From: Tubulanus polymorphus
Taxonomy: Eukaryota > Animalia > Nemertea
NCBI RefSeq assembly: GCF_964204645.1
Contig: NC_134026.1
Span: 7,587,950 to 7,651,949 of the forward strand
Reading direction: 5' to 3'
Length of the DNA: 64,000 bases
Shown piece by piece: positions 1-13,207 of this stretch. The notes beneath the pieces were generated by a model that was not told where the DNA came from, ran no database searches, and was given only the letters and a program-made list of their open reading frames with translations. The translations under genes and the position numbers were made by a program. Position 1 is the first letter of the stretch; each line of letters starts with the position of its first letter.

Positions 1-931
1 ATATACAAAACAAAAGATAACATTAGAAATAGTCAGATATTTTGTTCAAACGATGAACTGCTCCTGACATCATTGGTTTCACAGAATTCAAATATCAGGT
101 CACAGTTGGACCATTTCGAATTTCCACAATACCTCTTGCGCTAGATAGGGGGCGCTGTTTTATTGATATTGTTCCAATTTATCTGCTTGATGATTGGGAA
201 AGTGCTACACCAACTATTCCACCAGATGGCTTGACGAACACTCAGTCTGACGTTGTCCAAATAATTTAATTTTTGATGAACTTTGAACTGGATTTTTAGA
301 CTCCGGAATCCGTATTATATCATCACAGTTCATACAACAATAAATCTATTTTTCTACTCGGATGTCGGTATATAATAGTTTTCATTGATAATTCATTTAG
401 CTTAAGAAAATGTCCATTCTGTTTTAATTAAGGTGTAGAAGAACTTGAATGCGGACTACCAACTATCTACTAGCGAACCTGGCGGATCCTCGCATGCCAG
501 ATGTGTAATCCTCGCTTGCCAGACGTGGAATCCTCGATTGCCACAGTGGCGGTGCGGGTATTCCATTAGTGCCACCCAAACTCTCTGGTACCCCTTTTTT
601 CTTCAGCTCTAATGTTTCTACGTGTATAGCTGTTTTACTACCCCGTTAGTTTGTATCCCATTTTATTACGTAATTAAAGTCAAATTGAGATTTAAAAATA
701 CCATTCGTTTTACTGCGCATATGGAAGATAAAGGCATATAGATATCGGGATGTCACATTTAATAATGCTCTAGACACTCGTGACCAGACGTCTCTACAGC
801 GTGCTGTTTAACCGCATATGTTAAACTAATTAATAATTATTGAAATGTGACAAAGGAACAACAGTTGTCGTCAGTTCAACATGTTTGTGACAATTGTCTT
901 TATTACGACTGATTACAGTCGAATAACAACC

Positions 932-1003
932 GGTTCTATGGTGTAGTGGTTAGCACATTGGACTTTGAATCCAGTAGCCCGAGTTCGAATCTCGGTAGAA
1001 CCT
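932..1003 (+). tRNA. tRNA-Gln (anticodon TTG)
   Basis: 72-nt cloverleaf GGTTCTATGGTGTAGTGGTTAGCAC...CTTTGAA...GAGTTCGAATCTCGGTAGAACCT with A box, B box (GTTCGAATC) and a T-run Pol III terminator just downstream. It closely resembles eukaryotic tRNA-Gln-TTG. Confidence 0.95.
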
Positions 1004-1237
1004 TGATTTTTGTTTTCCTGTGGCAATTAAATTGGTTGTTGTTAGTGAAGATCCACCAAGCGCCCTAGTACGTCAAATGCGCTACAAATTTTTGCCAGAT
1101 TTAAATAAAAATCTAAATGTAAACTTTGTTTTTGACCATGTTTTTGACCTTCTTAACATTTCCATAAAGCTAGTCAATATTGGAGTTGAATCAAACTTCT
1201 ATGGTGTTCTGACAATCGTATGGCCGCGCAGAACCCC

Positions 1238-1352
1238 TGAGCCCCATTTTATAGACTGGTATTAACTTTACCCCAGGGGCTAAGTCAATTGAAATTGAAT
1301 TGAGTTAGCCCCCAGGTTAAAGTTAATTAGCAGTCTGTAAAACTGGCCCCTG
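1238..1352. mobile_element. Short palindromic MITE-like element
   Basis: Imperfect inverted arms (ttttatagactg..ttaacttta / taaagttaa..cagtctgtaaaa). Similar short elements with GC-rich inverted ends occur at about 41110-41240 and 43355-43495. Confidence 0.5.
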
Positions 1353-4300
1353 TTGTTTTATCAACGTGTAACTCCTAAAAACATTCTTATTTTTCAAACC
1401 CAGTTTGCATTATCTTTAACTCTGCCTCTCTCTGCCCTCTCTCCCGGTGCGTTACAAACATCTTCAAAGAAAACGTTTTTATTTCAAGTTCCAGATTTTA
1501 AGGAATGATATTTGAGCCGTTAATAAGTTTGATATTTAAATGTTTCTGAAGAAAGTGGAGCCCATGCCACGTCGGGATCATCACCGGTTCTGTGGTTACA
1601 TAAAACAGAAACTTGAAAACGCCACCTCGATAGCGACAGGGAGTTGCTTAAAAATGATACCCCATACTGAGAGCTCTCTAATGATACCAAACAAATATAA
1701 GGCCTTAAATGGAATTATTAGAAATCTGATAGCTTTCAAAACGTAATTGATAGATCCTCCACTGAAAACAGGGACCTAGCTTTTTTTTACAATCGTGAGT
1801 TTTTGTTTCGTTTTTGACGCTATAGGGTTTTAACATTGCAATAAGCTGATTAAACTTAATTGGTTTCCATACGCCGTCATTAACGAAAATTGAAGAAAAC
1901 AAGTTTTGAAATTAGTTCATAGAATTGGGCAAAATTGGCATTGAAACGATAAAAAGTTTTGATAAACAAAATCACACTTTTGCAAAAAATCATTTTACCT
2001 ATATAATGCACAATTTATCTGCAGCATTTTCTCTTCATTCTCTGTATTCTGTATTTCAGAATGTTAAATTCGACGCTTTCCCTCATGCGTGCGCGATTTT
2101 AGATTTTACGTTAATTTGTGCATTGCAAATAAGTCGAAAAAATATATTGTAAACGTCTAAGAAAATATACCGTAAATATTTATCTAAAATGACAAAAACG
2201 TGATATGGATAAATCATCCATTGCCACCGAGGGACGAGCGTTATTTGTTATTAAGAAACGTTTTACTGACTGACCCCCCGCGAAGACGATGGTTTTAATG
2301 ACTCACATTTTCAAACATTTAACGAGATTTCTATCAAAAACACTTTGACAAATTACAGCAGCAAATTTCGCGAATTAATAAGTTTTACTGGTTATTGTGG
2401 TGAATGCGAAAATTCAACGGCACAAGATAATTAAAAGAGTCAATGTGACTGATGAGGGGGAGGGAGGGGGCCTAGGGAGCGGGTGCAAGGGGAGGAGAAG
2501 ATTAATCACGAAGAATTGTAATCAAATGACATTTGATTTAATTTCTATTTAAATCAGAAAAATATTATTGTATTTGGAGGAAAATCAATGAGACCTACGC
2601 CTTGCAAAACTTGAAATTGAGAAATATTTTCGTGATAATTTCAGTTAAGTGTGAAAAACAGTGCTTATAAAATACAGATTTTACTTGGCTTTAGAACCAC
2701 AATAGTCTTAGGTCGAAGTTTATGAGTGAACCCATAAACCCAATTTGACGCTTTGCAAACGCGGATTCAGACGTTATAGAACCGTATGGGCACCGTCGCG
2801 AAAATTTCGTGTCCTTTAAGTAGTCCCTAAAAAATCAAAAGTAGGAAAAGGCATATTTCTACAAGACGAGGCAGAAAATTTTCAACCAAATTTTCTGGGA
2901 GACGCCAAGACCTCCTCGTTTGTCCTGGATTATGCCTTTTTTTATACATACATATATATTTTTTGCAATACCCTCAACAGTGGTCTATGGATCCGCCCCC
3001 GCTGTGGGTCGATCTAGTTTGAAAAGTTTAAATGATTCCTATGCGATAGCGCTGGTCAGTTGTTCAAGGAATTGTTTTAACGTGACCCTTAAAACGGGTC
3101 CATAGTTTTAAACACGGTCTATAAAAAACGAACTGCAACTCGTTTTATAGTCCATGGGTTTTAAAGAGGCTACAATCGGGCAAATACCCCAGGATTCAGT
3201 TCAGACAATGCTGGTAATTGTCACGATTATGTCGTTTATCCGAGCAACTGGCTCCCGGTCATTTAACTGTGTGAAAGAACAGTGACGTACTGTGATTAGA
3301 CGATTATCATCTGAGTTTCTATATATAAGAGCCCTCACTCACTCTCTTTGTAAACAGCATATTCTTACACGACTCGTGTATAAAATGGGACTCAGAAATA
3401 CAAACACCTATAGAAACAACCATTCGGAAGGTAGTAAACGCCTATAGAATATCGGTAACGGTATCCGTAGTCATCAATGAATAAAAGACTCGCTCTTATA
3501 GGAGCAACCAGGCAACACGTCTGACAAACAGGTTTTACGGTCAAATAAACTGATTTTAGACGTCCTATGTTTGCCGTTGTAGTCCTTCTGTTAGAGTTTT
3601 ACCCGTATAGTTAGTGTGTTGACAAGTCCAAGTAAGCCCCCTCATTGACTGACTATCTGTCACTATGTGATAACGTGTACCTTAATTTTGTACTAAATGA
3701 TGAAGATGTAGACACTTTCATAATTGTTGCAAAAGTTATGATTTCAAAATATTGAGAAAATGATAAATCGCGCAGTTTTTAAGGAGTTATTAGAAATCAG
3801 GGAAACCTCCATTCAACCTTTATGCGTAGAAATAATGCGATTGATTTAATTCTGCATTTTCTATGAGATATTTGCCGCATACCATAACATTTTTCGGTTA
3901 CGAATTGCAGGCTTTTATAGTTCTATGACTTAAAGTTATGTCCGACTTTTGGAAAAAGATCTGATTCCGAAACACAATAAAAGATCAACCAGTCTTTCAA
4001 AGTCGTAAATGCATATTATGTGAATTTATTTAGGAGTCAATATTTTGACAAGTTGTGTCGAAGTACAATAGTAGTAACTATGTGAAACCGGTAGTGTTTA
4101 AAGAGGGGAGTGTTGGAGGGACGGAGGGGAGGAGGGGCGGAGGGGCGGAGGGGGTTCGCGTTACAGACTAAAAAGTTTTATTCATATTCCGTATTAGATT
4201 TCAATAGAAAAAAACTGACACGATTCCAACTAGAATCAATATTGAATCTTCAGGATAATGTTCTGATTTCTTTATTCAGAAATATAAAGTGCTCAATATT

Positions 4301-5171
4301 CAAATAATCTTTCTGTCATTTTCTAAATGGTGTTTTACTTTGAAAAAAAAGCTATTTCGCCCATGGCGGCCTTCTTAAAAAGTTCTTTTTAAATCAATGC
4401 AACAAGTATTAAAAAATGTAGAATTTCGAAAAGATCTATCAATTATCAAAATTTCCGTATGCGTACTCAACCACTGGAAATCTGTTCGATAAATTAAATA
4501 TTTTGGTTTTCATTTTTCTATTTCTTCCCATTGAAATCTGAAACCATTCTGGATTTGAAATAAAAGATTTTTTTCTGATCCAAAAAGTTCGAATTGTTCT
4601 TATTTTACACGCGAAATTTGTATTTGCGTTTAAATAATGGTTTATATAAGCCTAGAGTGTATAAATTTACTCTAGAATAAAATCCATCTGTTGTATTTTC
4701 GGGGGGTAAATATAAGATAGAATTGCACCGCAGTAATATTCAATCGCTAGTTAGTCGTAGCGTCGCAGCTGATACTAACATAAAACATGTTTAAAATTAC
4801 ATTCAACAAATCCCGGAGTAAATAACACAGACTATGCAGGAATTCAATCCATCAATTCAATTCAATTCACACATGTTCAATTCAAATAAACTCGAAACAT
4901 TATATTTTACAGTTTGCTCTTTCGAATTAGAGGTAAATACTGTAGGAATAAATACAGCTGCCGCCATAAATATACCACAGGTTTTAACTACTCCAGGTTT
5001 AAGGGTTCACAGGTCGTGTATTGACAGAGAACTCGCGAATTCTGACAGATGATCCCGCAGTATAATTTACAATCGTTTTATTTATAAGTGTTTAATTGGA
5101 ATAGTTCCGCATTCCGCGATCCGCATTCCGCATTTGACAGTCCGCATTCTTAACTACGTAGTTAGTTTTCG

Positions 5172-5172
<1 letters not shown>

Positions 5173-5211
<39 letters not shown>

Positions 5212-5221
5212 CATTATTTAT
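5173..5221. repeat. (TTA)n microsatellite
   Basis: Direct run of tta repeats. Confidence 0.9.
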
Positions 5222-5878
5222 TTTTCCATTTTGAATTATAATAATCGTACAAAGTAATACAAATACAAAAATTCAAGATGGAGGGAAACATGAAGAAACT
5301 TGTTAAGGTTTATATGATATTCATGCCACCCTCGTACACCCAATCACACTCTCTTTCACACTACATTCACACTGAAAATATTTAAGTGCCAGATGGCAGA
5401 GACTGGCAAGGTTATCGAAACATTAATTGAGAAGATACTGTCTGAAAAAAAGTGTTCGAATGATTCGTGAAAAATTCATTTCAAATCTTCACCCTTTAAG
5501 AATATATTTGAAGCTTAATGCTTTTAAATCTGAATGGTTGACTTGAAAGTATTAGATGAAACACTCTGAATGCATGTTTTTTTAAGATGATAGAAATCCC
5601 CGTACACTTGGAATAGAAAGATTCCGAAATAATTGTGTTTCCTTGAGCTTAGTATTTTACGTTGCAACTTTGTGCTACTCTATTTTAAAGGTGATTTTAA
5701 AGCATCGATGAAACTTCAATCTGAGCCCGCATGACAAAGATGATATAGAATCCCTGCACACTAAAAATGAAAAGTCTGAAATTATTCTCTGAACTAGTAG
5801 TTTATTCAAGGTTTTGACTCAAACCGTGCGGGGATTTTATATTAGTTCATTTCAAAGGTATCACAAAGTAAAACTTAC

Positions 5879-6227
5879 CGGTATTTTGTAGCATCATCAG
5901 CTCGTAGGCTCTTGTCGTGTTACTATTATCGTCAGGTTCAATAGCCGTACTATTCAGAGATAGAAGTCCTCCCGGGCCGTAAAGCAGCCCCAATTCTCTA
6001 GCCTCGTTCTCTTCCTGGGCCTGTTGTCGTCTCAACGCCACCTGAGCGGCCATCACTCTCTGTCTTTCAGCTATCAAAGTACACTTAGCGCAAACGCAGT
6101 CCCGCCATCGACAATATCGTTTATGTCCCTTCAGAGCCGATACGACCCCGTGATTACGGCACCGGGCGCATTTAGGGGTACGGGGGAACCGCTCGGACCC
6201 GCGTAGAAATAGAGGTGCCGTCGACAT
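5879..6227 (-). CDS. DMRTA2: Doublesex/mab-3 related transcription factor, DMRTA class (DMRT4/5, dmrt99B-like); first coding exon with the DM domain. Remaining exons are not seen and probably lie left of the window
   Basis: [65 protein letters not shown] is the characteristic DMRTA DM domain. First ATG is at 6227 and the donor G|GTAAGT at 5879/5878. No DMA-domain exon was recognised in 1-5878. Confidence 0.93.
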
Positions 6228-6479
6228 GCTACCCGGAGCTAAACTCGATTCAGACCTCTGAGGTAGCGAGTCCGACGAGTCTAAATTCAACTTCCCTGAT
6301 GACAAATCCAGTTTGATGTTTCTTGCCGCTTGGCTTCGCGCTCGATTTGAGAAAAGTCCAAATAAAGTCACAAGTTGTACGATAACGTCTTAAAGAGTTT
6401 GTTTGTGAATTGCTGAGTTCGTGGCTGTGTTCTGTTTAAGATTCTGTATCTTACTGATTTTATTAACTATCTCTCTCTT

Positions 6480-6670
6480 TGATCAGCTTATAAAAGTAAT
6501 TGTTAATCGAAGTGCGACGTCTTATTGTGAACAGTCAAGTATCACGCTGATTCGCTATTGGTTAGTGTGCATAAAAGCGTCAGAATGCGTTCCTAATTAA
6601 CATAATCCCCGCCCACTTTCAATACACCGCACGGGTATCTAGCTGCGAGCTATTAGTTGGCGCACGTGTC
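6480..6670 (-). promoter_or_regulatory. Putative DMRTA proximal promoter
   Basis: GC box (CCCGCCC, ~6608), CCAAT on the minus strand (~6557), E-box CACGTG (~6663) and a TATA-like tract (~6490), all just upstream of the ORF. Confidence 0.35.
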
Positions 6671-9600
6671 CCGCTACTAGTGACACTACGGAAGCGATTT
6701 TAAAATTCAAGAAATCAAAAAAGTTTGCCTACGATTAAAATCCGATATCTATTGTTACGAATTGTTCGGTAGTTTCTCCGTAGGGAAATATTTATGATGC
6801 GTAAAATTGCAGTTAATTTGAAAAAGATTTAATATGCAGGTGATTCTAATTCATGATGGATGGATGTAACTTTCGAGGCAAATCTTGGGAAAACTCGACG
6901 ACAGGCTGAATGGGGAGGGGTACAGTGCGGGGCTTGATTTTGGCAGTGTCCCGTGTCCTGGGGGTACTAGATTTCCGCGGAAAACTAAGAATCGAAATGA
7001 AACAAGGCAGGATACAAGAAATCCACCATTAATCATGTTTCATTTCACCATGTATTATTTCAATTCTTACCTATGTTTTGCATAAACTCAAATCGAAGGC
7101 AAACTGTGATAGCACCAAACTTTGGTACGGCGGGGATTTCTGACAATGGTTGATCTCTTATCCCAATAAGATATTCATAATTCTATAAAGCTTTGAAGGG
7201 GTACAGCAGTACAGCGATAAAAGGGTACATGGGTCTAGGCATCTCGGAAACAAAGATATTGAAATTTGGAATAACTGAAACTCGGCAGGAACTGTGGCAA
7301 GTGAGTTGTATTTAATACTCGAAATACCGAGGCGTTAATTCACGATTTATCCGAATCATATGTTACCGGACAGTAACCGTAGCAACGCGAAGAGCAGTTT
7401 TAAAGAGGGTCCACGATCGGGTTCTATATCGACACCAGTGAGAATTCAACGAATTGAAATAAATCGTTTAATTTGTATCGGATGAAATGTTTCTACATGT
7501 GTTCCGTTAATCTCTCAGCCGTTCTCGAGGTAAGACGAGAAAATAGCTGTTTAGAATCGGTTCGTGCCGGTATTTAGTTACACCCACCGGTGAGATCTGT
7601 TTGTTTTGGTCGATACTCATTACGACATACGGGTACTTGTGAATTATATTTCTGTAACGGAAGTTCGTTCGAGCGGAAGCGTTTTTCGCGATGCACATGT
7701 TTCTGCGAGGCTCGCTGTATGTTACCCCTTGCTGCGGCTTCTCTCGCCGCATTAGCAAAACCAACAGATACAAAATCTGCGCAGAATCCAGAACCGTAAA
7801 ACCATAAAAATGATATCTATGTATCTGATTGTAAAAGCTATTTAAATCACTTCCTCCGCGGCGAGGTTTTTTCAGGTTTGTTTCCAACCCGTTTATATAG
7901 TTCAATATTGTTTATCCCATCAATTCACAACGTGCTTCCGTCGACTCGTCGAAACTGAGAAAGTCAATTAAAACGAATTTCATTACGGACTTTTTAGGGT
8001 GGTAGAAACAAGGCATTTATATATCCGAGACCTCGAGCACATCATGTAACCTTCACCCAGCCCTGGCAGAGGTTGTCTCCACAGTAATCTCCGTCGATCT
8101 ACGTTCCTAGTGTAACCAACCTGTGGTACACCAGACACTAAGGTTCTTGGTGAACATGTTACCCTACTACGTCAGACCATTGAATTTCTAAAAAGGACGT
8201 ACGGATGATTCAATAACACCTTTTAGAAGATAGGTATTTACCCCGAAGTTCTCGGGGACCTGAGCAACATGACATAAACCTGGGATTCGAACCCAAAAGG
8301 ACATGCGCGTTATCGTCCATCTTAGGCAATGTTTATAATAAAATGGGCTGGAAGTTAAGGCTTTGGGACGCTATTTCTATGGGAAATCGTGGATCAAATC
8401 GATGTTAGACGAGAAAACGAATGCGTGTCTGACGTTCTTCGGGAATTTTTAATTACTCGGTCTAAGCCTATGGATCCACAACCGATAGAGTTGAAGTTTT
8501 GTCAGTAACTAACTGGAACCAGCGTGAACGAACATCTGTGCGATTTAAAACCTCGCACCTCGAATCTTTCTGTTTATATCCAGTTAGAAACTGTTATACA
8601 ACTAAATAACTAAAAACTAAATCTTTATTTACAGAACAAGAAAAATATCAGCATCCACCAGAAATTCTTTGAAGTGTGAAATTCAAATCTCTTGTCTTAA
8701 ACAATAACATATTTTGTTAACTTTGCGCCGCAAATCTTAACCCTTAACTCTAGCTATTTTTCTCGAAAAGTGACGTGATGCAAATTTTTATTTTCCCTTA
8801 GTTTTCCGAATTCTGCCGCGGCTAGTTGCGCAGACATAGCTTAGTACAAGACCGGTCTAAGCTCATCTTAGTTATATAATACGTAGGCCCTATATAAAAT
8901 CTTTTGACTTGTCATGACTGTGATATAAACTGGACACAGCCAATTAGTGCATTGCGAGGCCTATGGTCTGGTAGGGGCATTTCTGTCGACTGACGTAGGC
9001 CTCGTAGTTCGAATAAAACATGTTGGCTTATACTAAAGCTAGAAACTTTTACTTGAATCACGGAATGGAATTGGCGACATTTTGAACAGTCACACCTTAA
9101 CCAAAAGTATATACATGACTGTGTATTTGATCTTGACACAAATCGATGTTCTTTTATCTAAGCATCAGTCATCTTTAGATTTACATGGCTTTTTCATCGG
9201 TTGGGGGCAGAACCCCGTTGTATTCATGTTTTCACCATGTTTTAGACCACGAATTCCGACCGCCAGCACGTGTGCGTGTACTATACCGCGTACTACAGAC
9301 CATTAAAACATCGTCTGTCTAAAACAAAAGTCTAATTCATGCTGAGTTCGAGGTGTCAAACTAACCGATTCACCTGAGATCACCTGCTCGAGGAACAAAC
9401 AAGTTAACATGTATCTACATTTAACGAGAACAATATTAACATCGCGGTAAATTAACAAGATTCATGTTTTCTCGCTCCTCTCTCCCCCCGTCTTTCTCTC
9501 CCACCTTTCTCTATCACATGTGTTTAACTATTAACACGTTCTATATCTCTTACTCCTCGCACCACGGACCTCCCAAATTGACTCGATCTTTTTTCAATCA

Positions 9601-12600
9601 TCCATAAGAAACTAAGTTACTATTAAAGACTTTTCTTCACGCGTTTCTTGGTATTCGTCGGTTAACATTGGCATAAAGGCCGTAATGTTGTACCAACCAG
9701 TTCGAAGCTTCAGCGATCCAAAGGGACCTGACGGTCTTAGTGTGTTAGTTGACCTCTCGATAAAATTCACCGCTGCCAGGAATCTAAGCCCTACAAGTGT
9801 TGGAACCAAACTCAGAGAAATCCAGGATTTCTAGGAAGTCAAAGTGAACTTGCGAGAGAGTTATGTGCTACTCACTCTTACAGTGTGCTTAAAAGAACCT
9901 ATGCCATCTAACCTTTTGTTTTTTTAATCATTTATAAGTGATATTCGTGGCCTAAAGGGGTTCTTTCTTAGTGGCGGGTTCTTCCAAAAACCCACAAATT
10001 CCATTCCTTTCGCATTATCAGGCATTACAGAAATGTTTGTCTATAAGATTCTCTTCCTCTCCAAAGACAAAATATTCCAAATGGATAAGTGTATGACGAA
10101 ACTTTGACTGTGATGTTCTTAATATCCTTAAGAATAAATTTCATTATAATACGCATATGTAAACCCTAAACGCTTTTGATCCTATACCGATCATCAGAAA
10201 TTCAATCTTTATTCAAATTTACAAAATCCATTTCATTGTTAAATACATTCTGTTTATTTTATAGATATAGATGTAAAATAGTCATAAAACGTTTTAGACC
10301 CTGTGTGTCTCTATAACGTCTGTTGTGTGGTAGATGTCAAACCGTTTGAAATCTGATATTTTGTGTGCCTTCGGTTTTAATATTTAACTTCAGTTTGAAG
10401 AGTGAATTATATAAATCGAGACATCTATCTCTGTCTTACTTACTGTCTTCTTACTGTTTAACTTTTACTATAAAAGCTTTGTGTATGTCGATAGGATTAG
10501 GTGATAGTCATTTCAATAGAACGACAGTAATATAGGCTACTTGTATTTATCACTGACTCAATGAGACCTTCACTAGAATAAACATTTATCGGAGAATATG
10601 AAAGACTGGTTTTAAAGTTTGTTGTGGTCGTTTCGTCAGATTTTCGATGGCAACTCGATTCATATATACTACTGAAAGTGGTTCAGTATCCAGGGACCTG
10701 TTTTAAATCTAGTCACTAGTTTATTAGGTCCCATGAGCGCAGTCAGTTTGTCGTAGGCCAGTTCCAAGTCTAAAACAGTTTCAGCAGAGCTTACTCCCAA
10801 TGCCATAATAATTACTAAATGGGACTTCACGCAAGTCTACGAACCCAAGCTAGGGTTAACTGTTGAGTCCAGAGTCCTAGTCCAGTATCCAGACGTCTTG
10901 AGTCCGAGTGCGGGTCCTGATACAGTTACGGCATATTCATTAACATGATAGTTACAGTTGCTGGTAATTAAGAGACTGCGCATTTTGATTTACGGCAGTG
11001 GAATATCTCAAATGGATACTGCTTAGCGCAAGCTTAGGGGCGGATTCAGGGTCCTATCTCGAGGGTGTTCCAAATTGTTTAAGGGTACTCGCTATTGTGT
11101 TGCCTTCCGTATCCATGCCCCGCGAAGCCATTTCAGATTCGAGTCCTGAAATGATTGATACCTATATAATTGATATCATGAACATATCATCACAACAATA
11201 CATCAAAATCTGATCCCTAGAATCTGGAATTTTATGGCCGTATTGATTCGCACACGTTTTAAAGTTCGATTGTCTGTAATTTGATATCATTATCAGAAAT
11301 AGAGGGACAGCGAGTATCGATCTGTTTATTGTTGTACTCAACACGACAGTAGGCTATGATTGCGAATAACACGTTTAAAATGTGAAAGTTTATATCAATG
11401 TATTTGAACAATGTGTTGTGTTCCTCTCCTCTCAGCGGAGGAGAGGAAAATCAACGGTTTTTGTCTCATATCTCGACATCTGAATGCGTATATTGGTTTA
11501 AACATCAGACTTCCTCTCACCGGCGGCTTGAGTATCGATCCGTCTTCAACAACCTGAACAAATAATACACAAATACAGGCCACGCCATATTAGATCGTTG
11601 TCCGCCGTAAATGAAAATTCCCAAACTGTAATTTTAAAAGATAAGATAGATTTATCGCGAATTTAAACCACAATGTTTTGGCTGCGACTAAACGGCCATC
11701 TGCATCATCCTTCCTTTAAGAACCACAGGCTGCAGCTTCTGAGTTGGTAACAACTGAACGGACGATGTTTGTCCATAATTTAACTCTAACAACCAACATC
11801 TCAACAACGGTCTCGTATTAGAATAGTTGTCTCCTTCAATTACTCTAGGGATTGTAATTCCTTTAAGTAGATTCCACTTTGATTCATCGATCAGCTGAAT
11901 ACGCAGTAAGTAATGCACTCTCCTGGTTTGTGAACAGGTTGTTGTACATTGACAAATTTGTGGTCCCAGAGTATTGAATTTAGGAAAAGGCTCACTTACA
12001 TGTGAAATTCATTACATACCGCAGTAAAGTCCTGAAAAATATTGCAAATTCGTTGCTACAGAATTTCTGACTACGAACGGTCACTGGAGCATCTTTGAAT
12101 TGTATCGGCTTGGCCTGACTATCGGTTATTGTTGTTATGGGAACGACGTCAAGCCGTTGAGGCATTGTTGCACCTGTTGCGACATATTGTCCAAATATTA
12201 GCGTTAGAAAACGGTTAATGGAAGAATGTAGCGGTGACGTCGACTCAGTGCGAAATCGCGGGAGAATTCTAGGTGTTCTTTAATTCAACACGTGAGCGCG
12301 ATTCTAAGCGATTAATGGCGATATTTTACAGTTAAAAGGATTCCGTGACGCTAAATATTTACAATTTCGCTGAAAAGATTCATTGTATTTGATTGTATGA
12401 AATGTATTGATTTCCTGTGTGTTGAATGTATAGTAAATGATAACATTGTATTCAATGTGCAAGAATTTCATACATTGTTTGATGTTACTATTATTTTCAT
12501 AATAAAACGTGAAGTATTCTAATGCATCAAATATTGATTGTAAATAAACTAGCGAGGATTTCACAATCACTATTAATAGCCCTCTTTCTATCCCATTCAA

Positions 12601-13207
12601 TTTCTTTCAAATATTACTACTTTCTCTAAACGTTCTTCGTTTGTGTGCTGATGTTTTTTTTTTACGGTAAAGTAAATGTTGGAATAAAAACCAAAGCGGT
12701 CAAATTATAAACACTAAAAAAACGTTTATTCTAGTTCTGTCTTAAAGAATGTTCCAATTTACTTGCTTGAATAAGGTTATGAAAGTCTTCGTTCTTATCA
12801 ACTGAAAGTAGACCTGTGGCGGGCAATAATTTACATTAGAAAAGATCAAAACTAATTGAGTTTTTCCGGAAACGACATTCTCCTACGCGTCTGCCATCTA
12901 GCGTATTCAAACGACATCATCTAGCAACACCGAGCACGAATGTGCAAATCAAGGACGCCCAAAAATTACGTTATATATTTCAAAAGAAAAATAAATCTAT
13001 TTCTACAAAAACTTACATATAATAACAACAAGAAAGAGCTAATATCACTATCGCTACATAGTTGACTAGGGTTACGCATTTTACCAGTCAGGTTGGACTG
13101 CGGTTTATACATGGTCTGTGAACTCAGTCCCGGCATTAGATATCGTCCATGTTCCTAAGGATATTTTCTTGATCAGCCTAGAATCCATCAGGACAGCCGG
13201 CTTGAAT

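Noticed and set aside
486-550. Three 22-bp tandem repeats (and a 28-bp doublet near 43993-44048)
   Set aside because: Ordinary short local duplications with no supporting context.
8280-8296. tRNA B-box-like motifs (also ~15647 and ~51663)
   Set aside because: No cloverleaf; probably SINE or tRNA relics.
7507-12600. Short ORFs upstream of DMRTA
   Set aside because: No recognisable domains or coherent splice structure; likely non-coding regulatory DNA.
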